A stretch of DNA of 64,000 bases from Candidatus Falkowbacteria bacterium RIFOXYA2_FULL_47_19 (GCA_001780275.1 MFGB01000020.1:104813-168812), one strand, 5' to 3'; numbered from the stretch's first letter, positions 1 through 9,888 are shown. Translations and numbers: made by a program. Notes: a model not told the origin generated them from the letters alone.

Positions 1-885
1 CTGCATGATAACGGCAAAACCGTCGTAATTCTTTTCCATCCATCGGGCGGTCATTATAGGCAGAACGATTCCGGCGAACATGAACGGAAATGTTATAAGC
101 ACGTCGATAACTTTATAGGCGGCGCCATAAAGACCAACTTCAGCGATAATGCCGATTTCAGACGGCCTTTTTATAAGCGACAGAAGCAAGGTGTCGGCCT
201 TAAGATAAATAAGGTTAAATACAATGGTTAACGCCAGGGGCCACGACCGGACGATAATATCTTTCCAGACGGTAAAATCGAAAACCAGTTTTATCCTGGA
301 CAGTGAACGGGAAAAAACGTAGTGCAGGCCGAAATTCACGAAACTTGAAAACACCGTAACCAACATAATGCCGAAAAGCCCGCCATCTTGCCGTATGACC
401 AATATAACTCCGAAAAGCAGAACGATCCTGCCGGACACTTCGGCGACGGATACTTTATCCATGCGCAGATGTTTTTGGAATAATCCGACCAATACCTGAT
501 TTAAAGCGATAAATAAAAAAGACAATGAGGTAATGGCCACCCCCGCCTTAATTTCCGGATCATAAGGAAAAAAGAAAACGCTTAGGGGCGCCAGACCGAG
601 AAGAATGACCGCCGATACAAGCCGCAGGGATAAAAGGTTGCCGAGCATCCTGCTTTCGTCTATGCCGGGTCGGCTGATCATCTGCACGGTCACCAGCGTC
701 AGGCCCAGGTCGGCCAGAATCGCGAAAAAGGACAGAAGAGTGATAATAGTGGTATATTGGCCGAAACCGAACTGGCCCAGATAACGGGTGATCATGGCGA
801 TCGCCACCAAACCCAAAACAGTGCCCGCGATCTTGCCGGCGGCCTGGACAACGGTATTGTAAGCGATTTTCCTGGCTAAATGCAT
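1..885 (-). CDS. Wzx/MOP-superfamily polysaccharide (oligosaccharide) flippase-like membrane protein, C-terminal part cut by window edge
   Basis: Absent from the ORF track because it runs off the window. My reverse-complement translation from ATG at 885..883 (MHLARKIAYNTVVQAAGKIAGTVLGLVAIAMITRYLGQFGFGQY...) stays open for 295 codons to base 1. It is multi-TM with a flippase-like N-terminus. Confidence 0.55.
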   Translation of the reverse strand, partial: MHLARKIAYNTVVQAAGKIAGTVLGLVAIAMITRYLGQFGFGQYTTIITLLSFFAILADLGLTLVTVQMISRPGIDESRMLGNLLSLRLVSAVILLGLAPLSVFFFPYDPEIKAGVAITSLSFLFIALNQVLVGLFQKHLRMDKVSVAEVSGRIVLLFGVILVIRQDGGLFGIMLVTVFSSFVNFGLHYVFSRSLSRIKLVFDFTVWKDIIVRSWPLALTIVFNLIYLKADTLLLSLIKRPSEIGIIAEVGLYGAAYKVIDVLITFPFMFAGIVLPIMTARWMEKNYDGFAVIMQ

Positions 886-967
886 AAAATTGTAATCTAG
901 GGATAATTTCTGGTATAATACTATTATCAGTGGTATTTTTTCATAATTCAATTATAACATATCCTTT

Positions 968-1411
968 ATGAAAATTGCTAACAAAAAAATCCTGGTTTTC
1001 GTATTAATATCGTCCGTCCTGAGCGTCATGGCGGCTACCGGGGCTATGGCCGGATCGTTGTGGGACAGCCAACAGGGAATGGGGGCGACTTCCGATGAAA
1101 TCGGGGCCGCCTTCGGACAAACAAGCGGCACTCCTACCGATATCTGGACAACGGTCGCGCTGATCGTAAAGGTCTTTCTTGGATTTTTAGGGATAATATT
1201 CTTCGGCTTGATGCTTTGGGCCGGTTTTAAGTGGATGAGCTCCCGGGGAAATGAGAGCACTATCAACGAGGCTAAGGCGCAAATGAGCGCAGCTGTTATC
1301 GGATTAATAATAATCCTTATGTCTTACGCGATCGCTTCTTTCGTGTCCAGGTGCTTCTTCGATATCTCGACCGGCAACGGATCTTCGGGTAGCTGGATGT
1401 GCGTCTTTTAG
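968..1411 (+). CDS. TrbC/VirB2-like 'T4SS pilin' family small membrane protein (CPR-type)
   Basis: Signal peptide followed by two TM helices around a GFKWMSSRGNES..EAK loop. Same architecture as the paralogs at 3427-3801 and 7509-7919. Confidence 0.6.
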   Translation: MKIANKKILVFVLISSVLSVMAATGAMAGSLWDSQQGMGATSDEIGAAFGQTSGTPTDIWTTVALIVKVFLGFLGIIFFGLMLWAGFKWMSSRGNESTINEAKAQMSAAVIGLIIILMSYAIASFVSRCFFDISTGNGSSGSWMCVF

Positions 1412-1421
1412 AAAAAATAAC

Positions 1422-2411
1422 ATGTTAAGGATATTGAAAAAAATATTCATCGCTCTTATCGTATTTTTGTTCATCGTGTTTATTTTAAGCCGAGGCCGCG
1501 TTTACGGCCGGACGGAATTAGAATACGGGGTGACTTTTTCCAAAAAACAGGCGTTAACCCTAAATTTAGATTGGCGAAAACTATATAGTGATGTTTTGGG
1601 TGATCTGGGAGTACGGCGCCTGCGCTTGCCGGCCTACTGGGATGAGATCGAAAACTTCGACGGACAATATGACTGGACCGACCTGGACTGGCAGATAGAC
1701 GAGGCGGAAAAAGCCGGCGCCGAAGTGATTTTGGCCGTCGGAGGACGGTTGCCACGCTGGCCGGAGTGTCATTTCCCCGTCTGGGCGAAAGCCCTGCCGA
1801 AAGCCGAACGCGAGGCGCGGATACTTTCTTACCTGGAAAAAACTATCTTGCGGTATCTGGACCGCGATATCATCGTCGCCTGGCAGGTGGAAAACGAACC
1901 CTTCTTGTCGCATTTCGGTGACTGTCCGAAACTCGACGAATCATTTTTGGATAAAGAGTTGGCGCTCGTAAAAAAATATGACGACCGGCCTATAGTCGTA
2001 AGCGATTCGGGCGAATTGTCTATCTGGATACCGGCGGCGCGGCGGGCCGATATTTTCGGTACCACCATGTACCGCGATACTTATTCGGAACACCTCAAAA
2101 GATATATTCATTATCCGATAACGCCCGGTTTCTTTCGTCTGAAGAAAAACCTGGCCGGCCTGTTCGCCCATCCTGAAAAATGGATCGTGATCGAATTACA
2201 GGCCGAACCCTGGACGCCGGTTCCGTATCATCTGGCCACGCAAGAAGAACGAGATCGGACCATGAATTTGCAAAAATTCCGGGAGATTCTTGAATTCTCG
2301 CGCCAATCCGGTTTTAGGGAATTTTATCTTTGGGGCGTGGAATGGTGGTATTGGGAAAAAACTATAAACAACAATGACGACTTATGGAATGAAGCCCGCG
2401 GACTCTTTTAA
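1422..2411 (+). CDS. Membrane-anchored glycoside hydrolase, clan GH-A TIM-barrel-like (GH5/GH42-like)
   Basis: N-terminal TM helix. WQVENEP (the NEP acid/base motif of clan GH-A) and LRLPAYWDEIE..YDW resemble beta-glycanases. Confidence 0.4.
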   Translation: MLRILKKIFIALIVFLFIVFILSRGRVYGRTELEYGVTFSKKQALTLNLDWRKLYSDVLGDLGVRRLRLPAYWDEIENFDGQYDWTDLDWQIDEAEKAGAEVILAVGGRLPRWPECHFPVWAKALPKAEREARILSYLEKTILRYLDRDIIVAWQVENEPFLSHFGDCPKLDESFLDKELALVKKYDDRPIVVSDSGELSIWIPAARRADIFGTTMYRDTYSEHLKRYIHYPITPGFFRLKKNLAGLFAHPEKWIVIELQAEPWTPVPYHLATQEERDRTMNLQKFREILEFSRQSGFREFYLWGVEWWYWEKTINNNDDLWNEARGLF

Positions 2412-2450
2412 TCACATGGATAATTTATTAAACCTGCTTATAAACCTTAT

Positions 2451-3314
2451 ATGCCAAACAAAAAATATTCAATAGGAATCGATGTCGGGGGCACTAAAAT
2501 GGCGGCCATACTTTTCGACGGCGGAAAGATCGTCGCGGACAGTATCCTGGCCACGCCCAAAGATAATATCGATCATTTCATGATCATGTTAAAAGCCCTG
2601 ATTGATCCTTTGCTGGATAAAGCCCGCGAGATGAGGGTAAGGGTCGAAAGTATCGGATTGGGCGCGGCTGGCGTGCCTGATTCGGCAAGAAAAAAGATCC
2701 TCCATTCCCCCAACATCCCGATTATCAACGGGGTTGATCTCGTTTCCCGGCTTGAAAGCATCCTGGAATTGCCGGTTCTCATGGATAATGACGCGAGCTG
2801 CTTCGTTCGGGCCGAAGCGATCTTGGGGGCGGGAAAAAAATACAAGAATATTTACGGAATAATCATCGGCACCGGCATCGGCGGCGGATGGTGGTTCAAC
2901 AATGATGTTTACAACGGCGCCCATGGCGGCGGCGGCGAACCGGGCGAAACGGTCATCGATTTTGGCGACGGCGTCAGACTGGAAGAGGCCTACCACAAAC
3001 TGACCCAGAATAATCCGGCGCAATTAGCCGAGGAAGCTTACCGGGGGGATATTCTCGCGGAAAAAACGTTCGCGGAAGTGGGCAGTTTCTTGGGGATCGC
3101 TTTTGCCAATATCGTCAATCTGATCGACCCGGAAGTCATAATCATCGGCGGCGGCGTCGTCGAATCGAGCGATCTTTTTCTCTCGGCCACGAAAAAATCC
3201 ATGCAGAAATATATCGATTCGGCCGAGGCCAGAAAAAAGATAAAAATTATGAAGTCGAAATTAGGCCCGATGGCCGGCGCGATCGGCGCGGCCCTATTAA
3301 CGCATAACGCATAA
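2451..3314 (+). CDS. ROK-family sugar kinase (glucokinase-like)
   Basis: IGIDVGGTK ATP-binding motif, DNDASCF, GIIIGTGIGGG. Confidence 0.8.
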   Translation: MPNKKYSIGIDVGGTKMAAILFDGGKIVADSILATPKDNIDHFMIMLKALIDPLLDKAREMRVRVESIGLGAAGVPDSARKKILHSPNIPIINGVDLVSRLESILELPVLMDNDASCFVRAEAILGAGKKYKNIYGIIIGTGIGGGWWFNNDVYNGAHGGGGEPGETVIDFGDGVRLEEAYHKLTQNNPAQLAEEAYRGDILAEKTFAEVGSFLGIAFANIVNLIDPEVIIIGGGVVESSDLFLSATKKSMQKYIDSAEARKKIKIMKSKLGPMAGAIGAALLTHNA

Positions 3315-3334
3315 CGCATAACGCATAACGCATT
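3299..3334. repeat. Tandem heptamer CGCATAA x4 plus a partial copy, straddling the ROK stop codon
   Basis: Direct reading: aacgcataacgcataacgcataacgcataacgcatt. TAA recurs every 7 nt, so a stop is present in all three frames. Confidence 0.9.
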
Positions 3335-3371
3335 AACGGTTATAAATTTTATCACATTTATTATAATAAAA

Positions 3372-3399
3372 ACCCGTTCGGCTATTCGAACGGTTTTTA
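3372..3399 (+). terminator. Rho-independent terminator after the ROK kinase gene
   Basis: Stem CCGTTCG/CGAACGG (3374-80 / 3387-93) followed by a T-run. Confidence 0.7.
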
Positions 3400-3426
3400 T
3401 TACAGTAAATTAATACTCAATGAATA

Positions 3427-3801
3427 TTATTGCGTAATCCCCAATCCCTCAAAAACGAACCTGACCAAAGCGTAGGCGGAAAATATCACGACCAATCCGA
3501 TCGTGGCCCAGATTAGTATATTCTTGCCTTTCTGGACTTTTTCCGCGCTCCCGGCCGCCAGCATCCAGGTAAAACCGCCGTAAATGAACATGATCAGGGC
3601 CAGAGATCCGACTATACCCAAAAGACCCCTTATGGCTATACCGATCAACTCCTGCGGATTTTCAGCGGTAATTGGAGATTCAAGGCAGACCTGGGTAGCT
3701 CCGTCCTGGCTGGTGCCGGAACAATCCGCTAAAACCGGAACTGCATTTACGAAAAGCGAAAATACCATTATCGATATTATGCTTAATTTAAGAACCTGCA
3801 T
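3427..3801 (-). CDS. TrbC/VirB2-like pilin-family small membrane protein
   Basis: MQVLKLSIISIMVFSLFVNAVPVLA signal peptide. C-terminal LLGIVGSLALIMFIYGGFTWMLAAGSAEKVQKGK... matches the paralogs. I chose the start at 3801 because the longer ORF (to 3885) overlaps the upstream terminator hairpin. Confidence 0.6.
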   Translation of the reverse strand: MQVLKLSIISIMVFSLFVNAVPVLADCSGTSQDGATQVCLESPITAENPQELIGIAIRGLLGIVGSLALIMFIYGGFTWMLAAGSAEKVQKGKNILIWATIGLVVIFSAYALVRFVFEGLGITQ

Positions 3802-3842
3802 ATAGTACTGATGTTTATTATATAAGACTATTATTATTATAA

Positions 3843-3880
3843 CAAAAAAATAAAAAAGGGGGTAGATATGATCTACCCCC
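3843..3880 (-). terminator. Rho-independent terminator after the 3900-5036 gene
   Basis: Stem GGGGGTAGAT/ATCTACCCCC (3858-67 / 3871-80) with a long T-run in minus orientation. Confidence 0.75.
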
Positions 3881-3899
3881 GGCATAGGTTTCCTTAAGC

Positions 3900-5036
3900 C
3901 TATGCTTCTTTAATAAGAACGATTAGTTTTACCGGCTGATCACCGGCTTTTACCTGGAGTTTTCCCGCCCACTCGGATTTCCAGGGTTTTGCGTTATCGA
4001 CCCTCTTCCAGCAGGCGCGGCCGTCGCCCTTGTCGACCCGGTGCTTAAAGACACCGTTAAAGGACACGTATTTCCAGGCCGCTCCGGCTTTGAGGTTATC
4101 AATTTCATATTCCTCGTTGGAAGACAGGGATATTTCCAGCTCTTTCCAGCCGATCTCCTGCGAATGTTGGCCGGCGATTGTCGAAGATGGGGGGGGACTC
4201 GTAAATAAGCCCTTAATTCCGTCAACTGTTGCGGACGCGCCATTGGCCACTTTTCTGGGAAGGGTATTTTCTTTCCGTTCTCTCCTTAATCTATCCAATA
4301 AATCCTTTTCGCCGGAACCCAAAGCCTTCCCGTCTATAATCTTTTCCTCGATCTTTTTCAGGGCATCGGCGTTGTTTGTATCCGTTCTCACGGCCTCAGC
4401 CTCGTCGATATCTGATAGAACCTTTGCTGTTTCGGAAGTGATCATGTGCTCAAACGGGTAAAACGCAATCCAGTTCAAGTACGTTGCCCGGGGAACGCAT
4501 AGCGCGACTCCCACAATTATCGTTCCGACTACGTAAGCATAAGCGATCTTTTTGGCGTACTTGATCTCTAGCTGCCAGGCGATCGACATGAGACCGATGA
4601 TAAAGAGGGAGAAAATTACCAGCGGAAATCCCATCGGAAAAGATTTAACCGGCATCGTGGCCATAAAAACAGAGATCAGATTGAACCATAAGAGTATCTT
4701 TACCATCAGACTGAAATATAAAGAGCTAATATCCCTAATGCCTTGGGTGGCTTTTTTGCCTTCCGGTAAAGCCGCGCCGATTGCCGCTATTTCAGCCAGG
4801 ATCTTAGGACGGGTAGCGGCAAACGCTACGATAAAGCTTACCGCCGCCGCTAAAAAAATAATCCAAAGCCCGCAATTCAAGATATTCAAAATGAATTCGG
4901 CCAGCAGTATCGGCAGGAAAGCCAGTAGGGTTAAGGCGATCTTAAAGTGGATGAATTCCGCCTCTTCCAGAATATCCCGGAAAAGGCCGTTTGGGGAAAA
5001 CGAGTATACGATCAAATTCCAGATATTTCTCATCAC
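3900..5036 (-). CDS. Hypothetical polytopic membrane protein with a soluble C-terminal domain
   Basis: 378-aa ORF with several hydrophobic helices. Its start overlaps the stop of the upstream ORF by 4 bp (5033-5036), suggesting an operon. Confidence 0.5.
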   Translation of the reverse strand: MMRNIWNLIVYSFSPNGLFRDILEEAEFIHFKIALTLLAFLPILLAEFILNILNCGLWIIFLAAAVSFIVAFAATRPKILAEIAAIGAALPEGKKATQGIRDISSLYFSLMVKILLWFNLISVFMATMPVKSFPMGFPLVIFSLFIIGLMSIAWQLEIKYAKKIAYAYVVGTIIVGVALCVPRATYLNWIAFYPFEHMITSETAKVLSDIDEAEAVRTDTNNADALKKIEEKIIDGKALGSGEKDLLDRLRRERKENTLPRKVANGASATVDGIKGLFTSPPPSSTIAGQHSQEIGWKELEISLSSNEEYEIDNLKAGAAWKYVSFNGVFKHRVDKGDGRACWKRVDNAKPWKSEWAGKLQVKAGDQPVKLIVLIKEA

Positions 5037-5722
5037 AGCACCCCCTTATTCTTGAACCAACGGAATAACCCGCCGGTTATCGTTTTATCCCTGTTTGCCC
5101 TTCTTTCAGCCATAATTTCTTTGAGATTACCCCCGTTTACCGAACCGGCCCACTGATCCAGGGGTTTCAGGATTTTATCTCCCAGGTCGAAATCATTCCA
5201 AAGTTCGTAAACAACCCTAATCATCTCGAGGATATTTTTGGATGTCGTGTCAAGAGCGCCAAACCCGGCGAGAAAATTTAAGATCTCCTCATCGGTCATT
5301 TTAGACATGGCGACGATAAGGGCCGCTCCCCGCAAATTCATCTTGAGGGCGATTTCCCGATCCTCTTTCTCCTGTTTTTTATTCTGCCCCTTTTTATACA
5401 TCGAGCTTGTGATGTCGATGACCTGCTCATCGCGGCCGATAATGCTAGTGATCTTGTTGCGCTCTTCCCTGGATAAACTCTTAAAGATATTGGCTATGCG
5501 GATTATATCGGCTGTCGATACGTTAAATTGCGCTTGTGCGATTTGGCATGCCGACAACGACAAGATCTCGTCAGTGGGCCCGAAGCCGCCGAATTTAGCT
5601 TCCAGGGTTTTAGAGATTTTTTCCCTGGTTTTTTCTTTAACTACTCCCCCGGCAGTCTCCATGATTGTTTCCAGGATTTCGCCGAGAACGAATTGCTGAA
5701 CATCTAATCCCATTATTCTCAT
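5033..5722 (-). CDS. Hypothetical protein (first gene of the 5722->3427 operon)
   Basis: 229-aa ORF with GGGGG upstream of the ATG and a promoter at 5832-5860. I recognise no family. Confidence 0.45.
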   Translation of the reverse strand: MRIMGLDVQQFVLGEILETIMETAGGVVKEKTREKISKTLEAKFGGFGPTDEILSLSACQIAQAQFNVSTADIIRIANIFKSLSREERNKITSIIGRDEQVIDITSSMYKKGQNKKQEKEDREIALKMNLRGAALIVAMSKMTDEEILNFLAGFGALDTTSKNILEMIRVVYELWNDFDLGDKILKPLDQWAGSVNGGNLKEIMAERRANRDKTITGGLFRWFKNKGVL

Positions 5723-5831
5723 ACTACCCCCTATATGGATGATTGTTGTTTATTCTATTTTCAATGTGCCAGCAAATACCGCAGCACATAGTCGTAAATT
5801 TTATACCTGTGTACAATTCGGGTATCATAAT

Positions 5832-5860
5832 AATATAGCACAAAAATAAAAAAATGTCAA
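5832..5860 (-). promoter_or_regulatory. Sigma70-type promoter TTGACA-N17-TATATT for the 5722->3427 operon
   Basis: Minus-strand TTGACA is plus tgtcaa at 5855-5860. TATATT is plus aatata at 5832-5837. Spacer is 17 nt. Confidence 0.6.
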
Positions 5861-5948
5861 GGAATATTGACACTTTTGGCTTATTTTAAATAAAAATTAT
5901 TCGTGATTCACGCAAATTTATTATAAATTCAGGGTTTTTCGTCTTTTA

Positions 5949-7397
5949 CTAGAAACTTCCAAGCCCCGTATATTCCTGGATAAGATAAACCGCTTTTTTT
6001 AAACCGCTTTCATCTTTATAAGCGTCATAACCGACCGTATAGTATGATCCGTTGTCGTTATTCCAGATCTTCTCGAAATAACTTTTTATTTCGCGCATAA
6101 GATCGGTGTCTGTCTTTGCCGTAACCTCGATATCCGCCTCAAGATTATAATTTTCAAGATTCCTTCTAGTAAGATTTGCCGACCCCAATATCACGGTTGA
6201 AAGTCCATTCGCTTTTTCGATCAGGGTCATCTTCGCGTGGAACTGTTCTTTATGCGTATCGTACCAGCGGACCTTTAAAAATCCGCCTGATTTTTTTATA
6301 AGTTCGGCCGCTACCGGCTGGTTGGGAACGCCGATCTTCTTATATCCGAAAGCATCCTTGTTGGGGTCCAATATCACGCGGACATCAGCGTTTCTTTTCG
6401 CCGCGGATATAAGAGCTTTAATTATCTTCCGGTCCGCCAAATAGAACTGGGCTATCATTATTCGATCGCCTTGCCCGGCGTCATTAATGCGCCTAAGAAG
6501 CTCTTCCTTTATGGCTTTTTCTGTCAAAAATAGCGCCTTGACCCGTTCTTCGTTGCCCTCGGTCCGGGTTTCCGCCTCCGGCTTGCCGATTGATAGTTTT
6601 CCGTCCGAAAGATCCGCTACGGCCGCTTCGGTCGCGAAAACGTCCGGCCAGATGCCGCCTTTTATGGCCATCGCCACGTTCGAGTGAGCGGAACTGCCGT
6701 CGTGAGGATTTGCCGAAGCGATGATCACGGCCATTTCTTCGCCGGAATCAGCCGCGAATACTTTCCGGTGATTGGCTTTAAAATTAAACATCTCCAGATA
6801 GCTTCTCGCGGTTACCTTGTCGCCGGAACGCGCGAAAGGATGCGGAAGCAGGCCTCGTTCAGAATTACCGAACCACCGGAAGAAAGTCCGCCAAAACGGG
6901 GAATAAAACGGATTGCTGTCGCGCAAGGGTTTTAAATCCGTTACAATGACATTTACGCCGATTTTTTTCAACCCTTCGATTTCCTCGCTTCTGGCGCCGC
7001 CGTAAACCGTGTTGATCGGATCCGTAAGGAAATCGATCTTTATATCCGGTAAAGATCGCTTCTTTTCTATGAGCTTATCAGCCATCTCCGAAGAGAGCCG
7101 CCGATAGGCGGGTTCAGTGCCGGTCAGATAGGAATTAAAGAGAAACGCGTCGATCAGTATATATCGTTTTGCGTCATCGATCAGTTTAAAGATCGAATCG
7201 AATATTTCCTGTTCATATATGATCTCACCGTTAAGATCTTCATAAGTGAGGTCAAAAAGAAAATCTATGCTGTCGACCGGCACGCCCCTTTCCTCGCCCT
7301 TATGCGCCAGACCGGCGGGCAGATCTTTTAACACATGGAATAATCCGACGCCGGTAAACCAGATAATTGCCACTAATATTATTTTGACGATCTTCAT
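5949..7397 (-). CDS. Phospholipase D / cardiolipin synthase-like protein (two HKD motifs), N-terminal TM anchor
   Basis: HRKVFAAD...ASANPHDGS and HAKMTLIEK...GSANLTRRN HKD motifs. Confidence 0.75.
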   Translation of the reverse strand: MKIVKIILVAIIWFTGVGLFHVLKDLPAGLAHKGEERGVPVDSIDFLFDLTYEDLNGEIIYEQEIFDSIFKLIDDAKRYILIDAFLFNSYLTGTEPAYRRLSSEMADKLIEKKRSLPDIKIDFLTDPINTVYGGARSEEIEGLKKIGVNVIVTDLKPLRDSNPFYSPFWRTFFRWFGNSERGLLPHPFARSGDKVTARSYLEMFNFKANHRKVFAADSGEEMAVIIASANPHDGSSAHSNVAMAIKGGIWPDVFATEAAVADLSDGKLSIGKPEAETRTEGNEERVKALFLTEKAIKEELLRRINDAGQGDRIMIAQFYLADRKIIKALISAAKRNADVRVILDPNKDAFGYKKIGVPNQPVAAELIKKSGGFLKVRWYDTHKEQFHAKMTLIEKANGLSTVILGSANLTRRNLENYNLEADIEVTAKTDTDLMREIKSYFEKIWNNDNGSYYTVGYDAYKDESGLKKAVYLIQEYTGLGSF

Positions 7398-7508
7398 AAT
7401 CTATTCCTTATTTAAAATATGGAGATAATTAATGATATTATAACATAAAATTAAAATTACCGCTGTATGATTAAAAAAAGATGAACTTATTGTGAAGAAT
7501 CGATATAT

Positions 7509-7919
7509 ATGAAAAATAAAAAGATCAAATTGTTATTATTCATTATAATTCTAAACGCGGCCGGCTTATTTTTCGGGTCGGCGGCTTTGGCGCAAAGCGA
7601 GGCCGATAATCTTCTCTGGGGCGGATTTGAATCCAATGTACAGGAAACCACCGGACTCGGAAACGAAGATCCGCGAGAGATAGTGGCTCAAGTTATAAAT
7701 ATTCTTTTGGGTTTTTTGGGCATTATCGCGGTCCTGATCATTATTCTGGGCGGTTTCAGGTGGATGCTTTCCGGAGGCGACTCGGAACGGGCCGACGAAT
7801 CCCGGCGAATGATCGTTTCCGGTATTTTGGGCATTCTTCTTATTCTGGCCGCCTTCGCGATCGCCCAATTCGTCCTGAACTCGCTATATAACGCGACAAA
7901 TGCGATAAGCAAGTTATAA
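7509..7919 (+). CDS. TrbC/VirB2-like pilin-family small membrane protein
   Basis: Signal peptide, then ILLGFLGIIAVLIIILGGFRWMLSGGDSERADESRR...ILAAFAIAQFV. Third paralog. Confidence 0.6.
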   Translation: MKNKKIKLLLFIIILNAAGLFFGSAALAQSEADNLLWGGFESNVQETTGLGNEDPREIVAQVINILLGFLGIIAVLIIILGGFRWMLSGGDSERADESRRMIVSGILGILLILAAFAIAQFVLNSLYNATNAISKL

Positions 7920-7927
7920 AATTTAAA

Positions 7928-7950
7928 GGACGGATCATTACGATCCGTCC
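7928..7950. terminator. Hairpin between convergent genes
   Basis: Stem GGACGGATC/GATCCGTCC. Confidence 0.55.
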
Positions 7951-7974
7951 TCTTGTGTTGATATTTAATCGTCT

Positions 7975-9807
7975 TTACTGCGAGTTATTTAAAACCTTTT
8001 CCGAAATAATACGGGATTTCATCTCCCTGATATTATATTTTAATATCTGATCATGAGAAGTCTGTCTTAAGGCCAAAGACAGCCATTGTGCGGCGTTGGC
8101 GGGGGTTAAATAACGGGTGTCGATCGTTGTCCGCGCGAGATAGCTCATTTTCCGGTACAGCTTTTTATCTAACAGCAATTTTAACGCCTTATCTGCCACT
8201 TCATCGGTATTGTTAATAGCTGTAAGAAAACCGGTTTTGCCGTGCTTTATCTGCAGGGGAATGCCGCCCGCCCGGTAAGCGATGACCGGCTTACCCTTCA
8301 TCAGGCATTCAGTAACCTTTATCTCAAAACCTTCCTTGTGGGAAAGTTGAAAGGCGAGATAAGAATCGGCTAACAGCGTATTAAGCAACTGGTCGTTGTG
8401 CGGCAAGCGGGCAAGTTTTACGTCCTCGGCCAGATGGATATAAGTATTAAGACTAAGCATGCGCCGCGTTTCTTCGTATATGGGGGCTCCTTCCGGATCA
8501 TCGATCGAGCCGTTACCGACGATTAACAGCTGTGGGGTCCGCCGATCGGTAAAACCGAGAGCGGCCATCTTCTTGCGCAGTATCCGAAAAGCCTCAAGAA
8601 CATCGGGTATCCCCTTAGAAGGATCGAAGCGGGCGACTTGGATAAGATATGGCCGGTCAGGATCAAGAGGCGCCTGGCCCTCCTGGCGCAAGTGCTCTGA
8701 AAAAACCTGCCAATAATATGCTTTTTGCTCCCGAGTCAGTTTTTTATTAAGGCCGTCAAGGGGATCGGTATTGGCCGGAACATAAACCAGCCGCCGGCGA
8801 TCCACCTCCCCGGGAACGAAACCCGGTATCGGATGTGCCACGAAAAAATCGGCTTGCCGGATGCGCTTCCATAAAAATTTCCAAACCGCGTGCTGCTGTA
8901 CTCGGCAACGATCGATCAGATCGGCCACGATCTGTATATGCGACCGGTATATGATCCCGGAAAACCGGTTATATTCCTTGATGTACGGTATCAGGCCGGC
9001 CGGCTGCGGATCGTCGATTATTACCGCGTCCGTTTTTTTAAAATTATCCTTAAAAAATACGGCGTTAAGTCGCGACCATTCATTATACAAATGCCGATCA
9101 GCGGCCGTCAACCTGGTATCGGCGGGACAAACCGCCTGAAGTATATTGTGGATTTTTTTCTTGGTTACGTTAAAAACATCCGCATCCGGCTTTAAAACCA
9201 ACCAATGGGCATCGACGCCCAAGAGCCGGTAAAATCTTATCAGGGCGTGGCGCATGATGGCAACTCCGCCGCCTGCAGCCGTGGCGTTAACGAATATGAT
9301 CCGAAGTTTTTGCTTTCGGCAACGGTCGGCCAGGTCTAAAAGAATATCAAAATCTTTTTTGGAGGAGAATTTTTTATAAACGGCCAAGCCTGTCAAAGGG
9401 ATGGTTTTTACCTTTCGATCTGCCGTTATCGTTATTTTAGCGCGATGTTCGGGGCTAAATTGGCGGCGGGCGTTTTGACAAAGGCTTCGGGCGGCTGAAG
9501 CGCCTAAACGCCCTACGGGCTTATGGGCGAAAGGAACGATGTCCTGGTTTAGCCACAATCTTTCGCCGATCTTGGGCACGTCTCCGAAACCACCCAGTCC
9601 TACGGCAATGAATTTAAGCCGTTTTTCGGCGGAAAAAGCGCGGAGCCATTTTTCTGCCCGTGTTTCCGGTTTATCATTTTCTAAATTTATAACAATATCA
9701 ATCTTTTTTCCTCCCACAATCTCTAAATTTATAAAAATCTTATTTTTCTCCGCCCATAAACCGGCATAAGCCGGCTTTATGCCGAAATTATCGTGTGTTT
9801 TTTGCAT
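7975..9807 (-). CDS. GT4 glycosyltransferase, trehalose synthase/phosphorylase (TreT)-like, with a ~190-aa N-terminal extension
   Basis: FVNATAAGGGVAIMRHALIRFYRLLGVDAHWLVL...FNVTKKKIHNILQA resembles the TreT N-domain. C-terminal GT4 motif KEGFEIKVTECLMKGKPVIA. Confidence 0.55.
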   Translation of the reverse strand: MQKTHDNFGIKPAYAGLWAEKNKIFINLEIVGGKKIDIVINLENDKPETRAEKWLRAFSAEKRLKFIAVGLGGFGDVPKIGERLWLNQDIVPFAHKPVGRLGASAARSLCQNARRQFSPEHRAKITITADRKVKTIPLTGLAVYKKFSSKKDFDILLDLADRCRKQKLRIIFVNATAAGGGVAIMRHALIRFYRLLGVDAHWLVLKPDADVFNVTKKKIHNILQAVCPADTRLTAADRHLYNEWSRLNAVFFKDNFKKTDAVIIDDPQPAGLIPYIKEYNRFSGIIYRSHIQIVADLIDRCRVQQHAVWKFLWKRIRQADFFVAHPIPGFVPGEVDRRRLVYVPANTDPLDGLNKKLTREQKAYYWQVFSEHLRQEGQAPLDPDRPYLIQVARFDPSKGIPDVLEAFRILRKKMAALGFTDRRTPQLLIVGNGSIDDPEGAPIYEETRRMLSLNTYIHLAEDVKLARLPHNDQLLNTLLADSYLAFQLSHKEGFEIKVTECLMKGKPVIAYRAGGIPLQIKHGKTGFLTAINNTDEVADKALKLLLDKKLYRKMSYLARTTIDTRYLTPANAAQWLSLALRQTSHDQILKYNIREMKSRIISEKVLNNSQ

Positions 9808-9888
9808 ATTTTATCTCTTGATAAATTTGTCATGGTAACTATCTTATTGCTATAATAAAATGGTCGGAATTTTAAAAATAAATTTTTT

